In this document: positions 1 through 15,000 of the stretch, piece after piece
How positions within the stretch are numbered: the stretch's first letter is position 1
How the letters are laid out: each line of letters starts with the position of its first letter
Made by a program: the position numbers and the translations under genes
From: the human T2T-CHM13v2.0 reference genome, Homo sapiens
Assembly (NCBI RefSeq): GCF_009914755.1
Contig: NC_060937.1
Reading direction: 5' to 3' (one strand)
DNA length: 64,000 nt
The notes under the pieces: model-generated
Seen by the model: only the letters and a program-made list of their open reading frames with translations
What the model was told of the DNA's origin: nothing
The model's database searches: none

Positions 1-281
1 TGAAAATGTCCATGGTCCAGTGGCCCATAACCTATGAGGTTACACTAAACATCTCTAGTACGTTCCCGGTATATGAATTTAAATTTATTTGAACCTATAG
101 TATGTATTCTAAAGCTATTACTCTCTGATCTCTAGGCTAATACAAAGATAAGGGGGAAGCTTACAGCAAAAGGACTGAGAATTTCTGCTTCCTCAGAATC
201 AGAATCTTGGAAAACCATGAAGAATACTTTGGAGGTATATTCACTTTGGATTTGGAAATATCAGTATGAAATCATGACTAC

Positions 282-922
282 TGTCATAGGCTGAAAATGG
301 CTTAAAAATACATAGTCACTTCCTAAGGAATCCGTATTACATTAAATGGCTTTCGAAAAATAGAGTCATTTCCTAAGGAATGTGTGAGTATTACATTATA
401 TGGCAAACCAGTGACTATTACCTTATATAGCAGAGGAGAGGATTATGCCGAGGATAATGAGAGCAGGCACTTATCCCAGATCACCCACAGGGACCATCGT
501 GCTTGGATTCTTGTAAGCCCTTGCTGACCAGATGCAGAGCAATTTGGATATCAAAACGAAGGTGCAATGGATTGTAAAACTATTGAAATATACATACGTT
601 TAAGTCCATACTGATTACAGATAAAAAGAAAGACAGAAAGACAGACATGAGAGAGAACTAGGGGAAATTCTGACATTCAGCCACACAGGGAGGAACAGAC
701 CACATGAAGGTGGAGGCACCAATTGGAGTGATGCTGCCACAAGCCGAGGAATGTCGGCAGCCACCAAAAGCAAGAAGAAGCAAGATGGGTAGCAGCCTAT
801 CAGCTCTGGAGGAAGTGGGGCCCTGCTGACACCTGGACTTGTGACTTCTGGCTTCTAGAACTATGAGAAAATAAATTTTGTTTGTTTTAAGACAGTTTGT
901 CATAATTTATTACAGTAGCATC
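282..922 (+). mobile_element. MLT1 (MLT1B/C-like) MaLR LTR, interrupted by a copied L1MC segment at ~523-651
   Basis: Starts TGTCATAGGCTGAA; 3' half ...ATTGGAGTGATGCTGCCACAAGCCGAGGAA...CTTCTGGCTTCTAGAACTATGAGAAAATAAATTTTGTTTGTTTTAAG resembles MLT1B/C consensus. Confidence 0.8.
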
Positions 923-1182
923 CTTCAGTGTGGCATCCAGTTGAATGGAATATAGAATAATAGATATCTATGGAATATAGGAAATAGATATCTCTATTCC
1001 TATGCAATGTGTGTGTATATATGTGTGTATGTATGTGTACATATGTGTGTGTGTGTTTATGATTGTGTTAATTTCCTGTGGCTACTGTATTTTCTTCTGG
1101 TACAGAGATGACGTCTTTCACACAAGAGTTTGTATCTCTTGTTTTGGGGAAGAAATGGGGGGATGAGATTGCTCTTCTTGTA

Positions 1183-1660
1183 TCATCTATCTATCTATTT
1201 ATCTTCTTATGCTGTGTGTGTATGTATGTATAGATATTTATTCCTATTTTATGTGTGTGTTTATGTATGTATATCTATATATCATTATCTATCTATCTAT
1301 CTATCATCTATCTATCTATCTATCTATCTATCTTCCTATGCTGTGTATGTGCATATATATATGGATATATATTCCTATCTTATGTGTGTGTATGTATGTA
1401 TATCTATAGATCATATCTATCTATCTATCTTCTTATGCTGTGTATGTGAGTATATATATATGGATATATATTCCTATCTTATGTGTGTATATGTATGTAT
1501 GTATATCTATAGATCATATCTATCTTCTTATGCTGTGTGTGTGTATATATATAGATATATATTCCTATATTATGTGTATGTATATATGTATGTGTATCTA
1601 TAGATCATATCTATCTATCTATCTATCTATCTGTCTATCTATCTATCTATATTATATATA
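1183..1660. repeat. Compound (TCTA)n/(TA)n/(TG)n microsatellite organised as four ~95-130-bp higher-order units
   Basis: Anchor TCTTC(T/C)TATGCTGTGT recurs at ~1202, ~1331, ~1428 and ~1523, each followed by ATTCCTAT and ATATCTATA(G/T)ATCAT. Confidence 0.9.
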
Positions 1661-3350
1661 TGAACTCCTAGCTCAGATCAGGGAAAGGACCTGGAAGAAA
1701 AACTGTCCCTGTAGCAAGGCACATAACAACCAGGTATGCAAAGCTTGACTTCTAACATGATTCCTCCCATGGAGAATCTGGTCTCTTTGAAGAAACATCC
1801 AATCCCAAGACTAAAACTGGGATGGCACAGAAAACACTTGGGATGTCAGGATATCTTTCTGTGGAAGGAAATAAGGAAGTGCAAAAAAAATAGACAGGTA
1901 AAGGTAAAAAATAAAGCAAGAGCCAATTTGAAGGAGTCCACGCTGACCAGATGTAGAACAATTTGGGCATCAAAATAAAGGTTCAATGGATTGTAAAACC
2001 ATTGAAATATAGAAGTGTTTAAGTCAATACTGATAATAGATAAAAAGAAAGACAGACAGACATGAGGTGGAGAGAAGGTTCCCCCTTGGGTGGCATGCAG
2101 AGGGCCACCTGTTCAGAGAGCTGCAGACGTGGCAGATCACGGGTTTGAGGTGAGGATCGTGAAGATGGACAGGCTTCACTGGAGGCAAAATCCAGGAGAA
2201 AATATTGATTAGGGGCAGAACATTTACATATTCTCGACGTGTTTCTTTATGGATTGCGTTTTAATTGCAACGTTTCTCCATTTACTGAGAAACAATCAAC
2301 TCCTTGACTGGCTGTCAAAATGAACATCACCAACATACCATATTTTCCCAATATTTCCATTTGGAACAATATGAGAGAAATAAAATGTCTCCACATGAAA
2401 TTCCCACAAGGAGTATATAGCCTGAATCAACACATAAGGCAGCATCTGACAAAACTAAATTGAGGAACACTGTATGGACTAACTGGCCCAATTCCTTGAA
2501 AATGCCAGTGTCATGAAAGAAAATAGGCTGAAAAATAGTTTTTAAAGAAAGCCTGGGTTCTAAGTAGACATGAAAAAAATACAGTATGTGATCTGCACCT
2601 GGATGCCACAATGAAGGAAGAAAATGCTTCATGAAATAATTTTAACTTTGATACAATCAGGATGTGAATGGCTGAGGAGGTGGAAATATTATATGCAGGG
2701 TGGCAGAATAGGACACCTGAAAATACGCTGCTTTGGCGTAGGGGTTATTTCGAGCTAAAGTCAACAAGGAAACAACAGATGCAAGAAGAGCAATCTAATC
2801 TCCCCCTTTTCTTCTCCAAAACAAGGGATACAAACTCCTGTGTGAAAGATGTCATCTCTGTACCAGAAGAAAATAAATTTTCTTCAAGGAGAAGTCATAG
2901 CTAAGAGAGAATTCTGTACGAACAGAACTTGTTAAAATAATTCTTCTTTTATTTTAGCCTTCCCACATAGTAAACTATGTGGGACTAGTTATAGTTATAT
3001 ATGTAAACTAGTTATAGTTCCACAATTGCTTATCTTTGCTCAACTTAGTATAAAACCATTTAGGTTTTACTAATTCTTTGGGTCTTCATTTTCTTATGAA
3101 GAATCCCTTGTTAAATCCAGAACTTAATAACCCAGCTGTTATGAAACAGAATATCTTCGCTCTTATGAGATACTGAAGATCCTGAAGTTTTAAGGAATAA
3201 AATTGCTACATATTTTCAGCATGATTCTGAAAAAAGAATGATATGGAAGGAAAGAGGAAGGGAATGAGAGAAGGAAAGAGACAGAGAAGCAGACAGGGAG
3301 GGAGGAAGAAAAGAATACGATAAAACAAAGGTTAAAAATTGGTGAATCTG
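1661..3350 (+). mobile_element. Old L1MC-type 3' UTR fragments, split by MER34
   Basis: L1MC 3' UTR-like motifs (GCCTGAATCAACACATAAGG..GACAAAACTAAATTGAGGAACAC, AATGCCAGTGTCATGAAAG). Confidence 0.6.
2695..3130 (+). mobile_element. MER34-family ERV1 LTR
   Basis: CAGAATAGGACACCTGAAAATACGCTGCTTTGGCGTAGGGGTTATTTCGAGCTAAAG resembles the MER34 5' end. Confidence 0.65.
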
Positions 3351-3799
3351 ATTTCCAGTACCTGATACATAAGCAGAATGAAAGTTACTGGTGCCATCTT
3401 TAAAACAAGGGGAAAAACTGAAGAATCAGAAAATCAGTGTCTTTTCTTGGATCAGCCAGACGTCTCAGGGCAAAGTGCCTACCAAAAACTAGAGAGACAG
3501 ATAAAGACATAAACAGACTGTGCCTATGTGTTGGCGTAGGGGGGATATGGAAAGTCTGTAACTTCTGCTCCATTTTTTTATGAACCTGGAACTGCTCTAA
3601 AATGAACTCTAGTTAAAAAGAAATTAAATACAAATAACTACAACAACAACTGATAATAGAACCAACAAGAAATTAAACACTGAGGTATGCATCTCTCCCA
3701 TCATGATCATGATGTAAGAATCTTGCCTATGCAGGTAATAAAATTTTCTGCAATGTTTTCTCATAGATAATTTATAATTTTTACTTTTAGGTCTACCAT

Positions 3800-5200
<1,401 letters not shown>

Positions 5201-7439
5201 GGCCATGGAAACACAGAGTAAAAGTTTCTTTAGTTGCCAGGTTGTAAAAAGTGTGGATAAAAGGGAAGTTTCCTGAATATTTGATTCATAGCAGCATTCG
5301 ATTTTACCCTTGAAAATGTTTACAAATTATCTACATGGACGATGAAAGTGAAATCATTTTAGGCAGAGGGAAGAATAACAGAATATGCATAAAGTCACTA
5401 CACGACTTTAAAGGAGATTCACAATAGAGATTATAAAACAGACTGTTGGGTTATAACGTTTTGGAAATAAGCATAACGTTATTCACCCACGGATGTGTGT
5501 CCACTGTGTGTAATGTTGACTAGTATTTATTTATTTATTTTTGGCTTCTGCATCGATTACACTACCTTCTTCTCTTCTGTTGAGATATACCAACATCCAT
5601 AAATAATTTTATGAATATGTTTGTTTACCAAAAATATCAGAATCCCCAAAGGAATCAAATTGAATCTATTAAAATTATGATTTATACTGACATTATTTGT
5701 ACCAATGACTAAAAAGGAAAGTATATATAGAACTAGAGTTTACAAAGTAAAGAAGAAATGAGGAAACACTAGAAAACATAATCTTACTCAAGTTGCAGGA
5801 CATATGAATCAGTTGTAGGGAATGCATGATTTGTCTATGAAATAGAATAAATATTACATATTGAAGGGCCTCAGATATATGTGAAATGCACACATACACT
5901 TTGATAATATGTATGCTTGCATTTGTGTGCACTTAAATCATGTGTGTAAATCATGTAAAGTGCCATATACTATAATATATAGTATGCCATTTTCCTCCTT
6001 ATAGTAACCAACCTATGGGAATAAAAGTGTGCATCTGAGATTCTTTTATAACTTCATCTGTAAAACGGATGCTATTTTAAGTTAAATAAGATCAGAACTT
6101 CCATGGCTAGTGAAAAATAAAGCTGTAAAATAATAACTAACAGTGTTTTCCTGTTGAAGAAAGTAATTAAAATCTACTTGTGAACCATGCAATTTGTGTG
6201 GATTTGTAGATGTGTAGTAGATTATTAAAACAATTATTACTTCTCCATGGGTTAAGCTTTGAAACAATTAGAAAGACAAAAATTTGGAGGAATGTGATAT
6301 ACATTGTTGTAACCTCAAAGTAACTTAAGAGATTATTGGCTTCAGGTAATGAAATTTCTGTGGAGAAATTAGTACACCACATATTTTTGAAGATATTTTA
6401 CTAGCTATCTTTTTTTTAAAAAAGCAGTAGGCCCAGGACCAAATAATGAATTTCATCTTTTTTTAAAAAATAGATCTTTTCTATTTAAATCAATTCACTG
6501 GATCTTTTCTATTTAAATCAATTTCTACCTTAATTTTTTCTTGGAAGACTTGGCCTATATTCCCAAAATGTATATGCAGAAAATGTAACAATTTATAATA
6601 TCCTCAGGTATATTTGTTAGTTCATTTCTAAAATAACTTATGAGATAAAATATAATCATATTTCAGCTGGCATACTGATAATGTTGACACTGTTCTAAAT
6701 CCAACACAGTCTCTCACCCTAACACAATAGAAACAGAAACTAGAAAACATTCGTGATAATTACTTTGCACATATATACTTAGAGATTGCTTGGTAACCTA
6801 TGTAATATATAATATATATTGAATATTTGTAATAATTTCTCTAAATGTGAACACTGTTATTATTGCTGTGTACTTCACGAAGAAGCTTCTGAGCCTGAAC
6901 AGATGTGCATGAAGTCTATACTCCCTTAAGTGTTTGCTTCCTGACAGTTTTTCCCTATTGATACCATTATAACTTCCTGCAGACCCAGATCATCACTCTG
7001 TCTGCAACTTAGGTGTCTTTTTTGCATTTTATATGCATGTGCATGCATTTATTTTGTTTGCTCTTTTTCCCTTCTCTGAAACTTTTTATTTGTAGAGAAA
7101 GGCTGTCAGATTTGGATGCAATATGGAATATGCTGAGTCACTGGCCTAACCCATGAATAGATATCACATTCATACAAATCATATACAAATGTAACTTTGT
7201 ACTTCAACATAGAGGGGGGATAGTTTACAATAATTAATATCAGTATGGAGAAAGTCATCTACAATAAATTATCTGTTGTTCTTATTTTTTCTTCTAATGA
7301 GTTTTAGAGGAAATTCCACGTATTATTCCTTTTTTGTTCATTGGAAGACAATCAGTTATGGAGACATTAGGGCTACTATTGCTAAAATATTGTTAAAGAT
7401 AAATGATACATTGTATTCTTCTGTTTACTAAAAAAAGAA

Positions 7440-7706
7440 TCTTAAATGAAACAAGTCAGATATAGAAAGTCAATGTGGGAATTAAATAATGTATACACAT
7501 GAAGGTAGAATGTGGAATGCCAGAAAATGGATACTCCCAAGGGTGAAGAGATGAGAGAAATGAGATATTAAAAAAAATGACTGAATGTGTACCTTGTGTG
7601 TTATTTGGATGCTGGATACCCTAAGAGCCCCGACTTCACCACTATGAAGTCTACGCATATAACAAAATTACACTTGTACCCCAAACATTTATGCAAATTA
7701 AAAAAG
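7440..7706 (+). mobile_element. L1PB-type 3' end fragment
   Basis: GATACCCTAAGAGCCCCGACTTCACCACTATG...AACAAAATTACACTTGTACCCC...AAATTAAAAAA. Confidence 0.75.
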
Positions 7707-7812
7707 AGAAATTATCCTCTTTTTAACCCACAAGCTAGATAATAAGGCAATCTACTTACTTCATTCATAACCAGTGCAGGAATGGTTTAAAGTCTACTGA
7801 GAAAGACAGGGC

Positions 7813-8223
7813 AACCAAGACACAGAAAGATAAGTATCACATGTTCTTACTCATACGTGGGAGCTACAAAAATTGAGCTCATGGAAGTAAAGACTAGAAT
7901 TGTGATTCTTAGAGGTGGGAAGGGTATGGGGGAGAGAAGGATAAGGAGATGTTGGATAAAGATACAAAATTCCAGCTAGATAGGAGGAATTTCTATAGCA
8001 TTGCAGGGTCACTATAGCTAAGAGTAGTTCATTGTATATTTTCAAATAGTTAGAAGATAGAGTTCCGAATGCTTCCAAACACAAAGAAAATGACAGAAGC
8101 TGGAGGTGATGGATATGCTAATTACCCTGATGTGATCATTACGCATTACATACAATGTATCAAAATATCACTCTGCACCCCATAAGTATGTATAATTATT
8201 ACATGTCAATTAAAAAACAAGAA
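7813..8223 (+). mobile_element. 5'-truncated L1MA (L1MA3/4-like) 3' end with intact 13-bp TSD
   Basis: GGTGATGGATATGCTAATTACCCTGATGTGATCATTAC L1MA 3' UTR; TSD AGAAAGACAGGGC at 7800-7812 and 8224-8236. Confidence 0.85.
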
Positions 8224-8455
8224 AGAAAGACAGGGCTTGAATATATACAGGATCCTTCATATGAAGCCATCACTTTCCATAAAAATGTACATTTAATTAA
8301 AATACTACTGCAACTGATAGACATAATGACCAGAATTTAGTTTACAAAGAATTAAACCCGGCAAGATGTGAAAGCTTTAAGCATTAAGTTTCTTTCTTTT
8401 TCCAACTACAAATCATTATACAAGAATTAGATTTATGTGTAACATTGAAGGAATA

Positions 8456-8476
8456 TGTGTGTGTGTGTGTGTGTGT
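8456..8476. repeat. (TG)n microsatellite
   Basis: Direct reading. Confidence 0.9.
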
Positions 8477-8866
8477 ACACAGTATAAAAAAATTACATAA
8501 GTATATAAGTGTGACTTTGTAATTCCCTTACTTAAATATAGGTTGAGAAGTGCTGAACAGTTAAGCTTTGTTTTGAACTGCAGAGGAGTGAAACACCATT
8601 ATGTAACAGCCTGGTCAGAGGAAATGGAACAGAATGGAATACTGTCCGGTAAGAAAACAGTTGACAAACACCATCCACACAGAGGCTTATAATGTATGCT
8701 CAGGAGTTGGGTGAAGACCTGCTTCAGGGACTCAGAGGTGGCCATAGTCATCGGGTACACAGGTGACAGAAAGATGAACTAGATACAGTCTCAGCCCTCA
8801 AGCACCCTAAATTCTCATGTGTCTCTTGAATTTTTTTCTTGTATGATCTCAGGATTAGGCTTATCA

Positions 8867-9379
<513 letters not shown>

Positions 9380-9464
9380 TCAGGAATCGGCATGGAGAAG
9401 GGGTCCAGCCCAAGGTGAACACTACACAGAGGGAAACTCTCGAGGAGAATAGTATGCATGCAAA

Positions 9465-9885
9465 TGATGCGGGACCTTTGCTCCTTAGTTCATCTAAAAC
9501 TGGGTTCCCGTCACACGACTAGGAAAGATTAGGCACGTGGACACACTGAAAGGTGAGGAGAGCAGAATTTATTAAAAGAAAGCTCTCAGCAAAAAAAGAA
9601 GGGGTCCTGCTAACACGCTCCCGCCTCACAGACTCAACACCAGGCCACCCCACAGAAGCTGAAGAGGCCAGGCTCCTCGCCGCTGCACAAGGCGCAAGCT
9701 GCCCGTGGCTCCACCCCATGCTCCTAGCGCGCAGCGGGGCCCCCAGTCTGTTGTGGGACTCGGCAGACAAGACCCGGGGCAAGTTCCTCCATCTGCACAA
9801 AAGCATCTGAGGTAAACACTGTGGGGTGGGTCAGAGATTCTCTGGGGGCCCCACCCCACTCCCCATCTGCCTCCTGCATCTATTA
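9465..9885 (-). mobile_element. MER48 solo LTR (ERV1)
   Basis: Minus strand begins TAATAGATGCAGGAGGCAGAT..CCCCCAGAGAATCTCTGACCCACCCC and ends ..AACTAAGGAGCAAAGGTCCCGCATCA; 4-bp TSD CAAA at 9461-9464 and 9886-9889. Confidence 0.88.
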
Positions 9886-9925
9886 CAAAGGCCTAGAAAA
9901 GAACAGACACACGGAAGGGAGAGTA

Positions 9926-10165
9926 CAGCTGCCCCTTGCACAACATGGGTTTGAAGTGCCCAGGTCCTCTTATAAGCAGATTTTTTTTTTTCCAAAGAAA
10001 AACTGATCAAAAATACAGTAGTCTCAGATACAAAACTACAGGTATGGAGAGCCGACTTTTCTTCCATGCGGATTCTGCAGGTCCTGCTGTAGGACAGGAG
10101 TATTTGTGGATTTTGGTGTAATTGGATCCTGGAACCAATCTCCTGCTTCTACCGAGGGAAGACTG
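9926..10165 (+). mobile_element. MER8 (Tigger-family) DNA transposon
   Basis: TA-CAGCTGCCCCTTGCACAACATGGGTTTGAA ... CCTGGAACCAATC..CCGAGGGAAGACTG; ~240 bp with terminal inverted repeats. Confidence 0.85.
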
Positions 10166-10369
10166 AATTTGGATGAAATTAAAAGGAAAAATAAACACTT
10201 CAATTAAAAGGCTCCAAAAAATAGATAATAAATGTAATGTGTTGGAGAAAGTGGTTATAATTCTTTCATACGAATATTTTTCAAACAATGTCTCTACAGG
10301 AGATAGCCTCTCACTCTACCACAGCCATCAACTCCCTTCAAACCTGTTTTCCAAGTGTTTCCATAGAGA

Positions 10370-10590
10370 AAGCGGAAGACTGGACCCTGTTTTCTACTTG
10401 AAAGGAAAAGCGACAACCCCACGGTGGAAATCTGGCCTGGTCACCGTCACAGGGTCAGCATCAGTTTAGCCGCTATTATTCCTGTGGGAACCCGGGTACC
10501 CCCTCGTAGGAAATAGCAGGAGGCCTCCATTATTTACTGAAATGCACAAGGACATCACGAACAGCGAGAAATCCCCTTAACAGCGCTTTT
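10370..10590. promoter_or_regulatory. Small CpG-enriched unique segment; candidate cis-regulatory element
   Basis: About 10 CpGs in ~220 bp against CpG-depleted AT-rich flanks; GCGGAAG ETS-like core. Function is inferred only. Confidence 0.3.
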
Positions 10591-11687
10591 CTGAATTACC
10601 CTAAGTTCCTAAAAAGAATAAAGAATATATATTACCTTTATAATAAGGAAAAAAAGTTAGTTTAAATGTGTGCCAGTGAAATTTCTATCTGCCCATCAAT
10701 GTTCAGATTTCCTGTTATCACTTCCAGAATGCCTTCATTACTTTCTTCAGGGCACAATTCTCTATGAAACTTCATGTCCCAAGAATGAGCTCTCTCATTT
10801 ATATTATTATTTATATATGCCCCATGTCCCTTTTAAAACATCAAGTTCTTGAAGCTGCTGAATCATGTCTAAACATCTTCATGCTTCTCAGAGGAGTGGG
10901 AAAAGTGCCACGATTTATAAATATTCATTCAACTGAAAGAAATAAAAGTGCTACTTTGGATTGCTTTATCACATATATATATATTTTTATATTGAGGTCG
11001 TAGGGACCCTGGGGTTATGTCCTGGTCCGATTCATTTGCATTGAAAATACACAAAAGAGGGGACCATTTGTATTTAGTCTCCTTTCCAAATCTCTGAGTG
11101 CTACTTCACACCATAACCTGACACTAAGAACCAGATGTTGTAAAGTAATGTCCCAGTGTTATTTGAATTTATGGGAGATTTGAGAGAAGGTGGATTGCTG
11201 AAATAAAAATACAAAACTCTGAGAATCTCGTATGCAGGTGTGCTTGCAGCCTCACCAGAGGGCTCAATATTATTTTGATGTCCACGTTGCTTAACTGAGG
11301 CATAGTGCCATGTTGAATAATATCAATACAGAAACTTCTACTTCAAAATGTTCATGACTTTGTAAAACTGAACAGTAAAACACTATTCTGCAACAGTTTG
11401 AAAATTGTGAAGTGTTGACTCTTGAAATATTGCTGAGATCAGCAAAATCTATAATTGAAAAAGTACAGGTCCAGATTTAGTGGCCTAACCAGAGGCTCGA
11501 CTTAATACTGAAAAATTAAAAATATCTTCTAACTTGTTTTTTAAGGTGTGCTCTAGGATTTTCCCCCCTGACATATTTTTTTTTGTTATTTTAACGTATC
11601 ATTAAGATAAAATATTTCAAAAACCAAGGAAAAAAGGCTTTTAAAAGTACGTGAATACTCATATTCTCACCTCTTCTTCAATAATTA

Positions 11688-12065
<378 letters not shown>

Positions 12066-12069
12066 TCAG

Positions 12070-15000
12070 ATACAGTTGAACCTCCCTTTTTATTTCCTCT
12101 TCCAATCTCTTTCCTACTTCTTTTCTCCCCAAAGATGATCAATATTTTTAATTTTTTATCTTCTAACAGTGTTGTTCAACTGGCATTTCTAAAATTTAAA
12201 GAGTTCACATTTGGTGTAAATATATACTACATATCATGGTGCATCTTGCTCTTTTCATGAGATATTTTAAAATATGTATCCACATGGGTGCACCATCCCT
12301 AAGATCATGTCACTGATGCACGTCTGTTTGTCTTCTAATCCATTGGTTTACCTCTTTTAATTGTGATGGAAATTCATGTGGCTTGGAAAGTTCCCTCCCA
12401 CAACATCCTCACCTAATGTGGGTGTTGTAAGAATGCTATCTTTTTCTCAATCTCATTTGTCTGGAATACTATCTTATTTTCATTTTAATTCTCATTTGAC
12501 TTAATATGTTTCAGTTTTGTCATTTTTGAAATATTTGGTTTGCCATACCATTCCCTCTTCTCTGAATTACTTGTGTATATACCTTGACTATTTCTCTATG
12601 GTGTTGTTTGATTATTTGTATATTTGCCTTACTTTATTGACTTTCAATTAAAATTTTGAATACAAATTACTGGTTGGTTCAATGTAATGCAGACATCACT
12701 TCGGGAGTATTCTCTTTTGAACATGTATATGGCATATTTTATTAAATAATGTTTTAAATTTTAATGTCACATTTATTGATCATATGTTTAATAGTTTCTG
12801 CTGTAGCACATTTTACCTTACTCTGAAGTCATTAGAATATTTTTTGTATTATTTTCTAGAAGTTTTATCAATTACCTACCTGGAGTTAATATGTTTTTAG
12901 TGGTGAAATAAGAAGAAATAATTTTTCTTCACTAGATCTTAAATAGTACTGCCTTTCCACACTAATTTGTGGTGCCATCGGGGTTATTTATCAGGTCCTT
13001 ATATGTAAGAATCTGTTTGCGTTGTCTTTCCTGTTCCATTGGTCCATTTTATTCTCTGTGTTGGTACCACACTTTCTTGACATACAAGTTATTGTTTTCA
13101 AGTATATCCAGGTTATTTTCAGTTCGTTAGTCTTTCATAAAATTGTAGGTCAACTTCTCAAATTGAATTTTAAAAAATTATATGGGGGTTCAAAACACTG
13201 AATATATGGGTTAGTTTCAGAAATAGTGACATTTTACAATATCCCTAAGCATATTATATTTCCCATTTTTATGTCTTTTGTATTTGGTAATATTTAATAT
13301 TAATTCCATAAATGGTTTCACATATTGGTTAATATAGTATCTTACAGGTTTGATTATTGAGATGATGGATCCTTTACTTTCTTATTACATTTTCTATTTG
13401 TGTGTGTGCACACATGCACATGTCTGTGTGTTGATGAAAAAGCGAAATCAATCTTGTTTGAGACAATCTTCAAATGCATTGTCTAATACCTAAGTTAATG
13501 TAATCATATGTTCTGTTAATAAGACATGTTTTCTTTTCTCTAGTATTTTTAAGTTTTGTTGCTATCATTGGTTGTATGCTTCTTTCCTGGCATTTTGCAC
13601 TTTCGGTTAACATTTCTAGGTGGATGTTGAATAAAAATGATGACAAATAGGAAACTCATTTAAACAACACCAAAACACTTCAATTAAAAGTCTTCTAAAC
13701 TTTAATCACTAAGTCTGCAATATGCTTAGTTTTAATACAGGTATTTTATCACATTAAAATTTTGACTATTCCCCCATATTTTTAAAAGAAATATACATGA
13801 TATGTTTTTTATATATATATATATATATATATTTATTTATTTATTTATTTGCAACGTTAGTGTTGTTTCAACCCAGTTTTTAACATTAACATGATTTTTT
13901 TCCCTGTTTAAGTAGATAGATTCTTCAACAATCCATTTAATACAGATTTTTGGAGCTCAACTGCTCTTGGAAGATGATTTTATTTTTTATTACTCTTGAT
14001 TTATTTAGCTGAGTATAATATTGCCAGTTGAAAATTATTTTCTCTGATTACTTTGAAGTTGTTAATCATTGCTAATCAAGTTTTTTAAAATTTTGGTAAA
14101 AAAATATGCATAACGAAATTTACAATGTAACTCTTTTAATTTATATTAACTACAAATCAGTAGTGTTAAAAATGCATGTATTAAATATATATATTTGGTA
14201 GTGTTAAATATATAAAATATATATTCAGTAGAATTAAATATATCTATTTAAGTTACATTAACACTACAATTCAGTAGCATTAAATATATATTTATACATT
14301 GAATTAATTTATTAAATTATTAATATTTATTAAATTAAATTAATTATAAAATCATTTAATACAGATTTTTGGAGTTCAACTGCTATTGTAAAATAATTTA
14401 ATTAATTTATTAAATTAAATTTATATATATAAATAAATACACACATATATATATGTATGCATTGATGAACAGATCTTCAGAACCTTTTCATCTCACAAAT
14501 CTGAAATTCTACAGCCACTAAGACCCTCCCCTTTGCTTCCTCCCCACATCTCTTGGTAACCACCCTTCTATTTTTTGTTTCTGTTCATTTGACTACTTTA
14601 GATATCTCATATATGTGCAAACAGTTTTTGATTTTTTGTAACTGCTCTATTTTACTTAGCATAATGTCCTCAAGGTTCATCACGTTGTAGCATAGAACAG
14701 AATTCATTTCTGGGTATTTAGTTTACTTCCACCTCCTGGTTATTATCAATAACGCTGCTATTGACTTTATGCTATTTATTGTTTCTGTTTATCTAATTTT
14801 CTTCATATATATATGTTTCTTGTAAAAATAATTTTTTACAAATTTATATTAGTACTAGTATTTAATATTCCTACAACCTACCTAATTTTATTTTCATCTT
14901 TTGTGGTATTCACAGTCACCTGCAGTGAAAAAAACTACTCATTTTTATATTCTGGGAAATTATCATGTATATCTTTTATAGTTTCTCTGCAACATTTTTA

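Noticed and set aside
1130-1748. Overlapping ORFs up to 157 aa rich in Y/I/L/S/C/V
   Set aside because: Translations of the (TCTA)/(TG)/(TA) repeat array; low complexity, not protein-like.
6473-6523. 23-bp direct repeat with a 5-bp spacer (GATCTTTTCTATTTAAATCAATT)
   Set aside because: A two-copy slippage duplication; not a CRISPR-like array or a known regulatory repeat.
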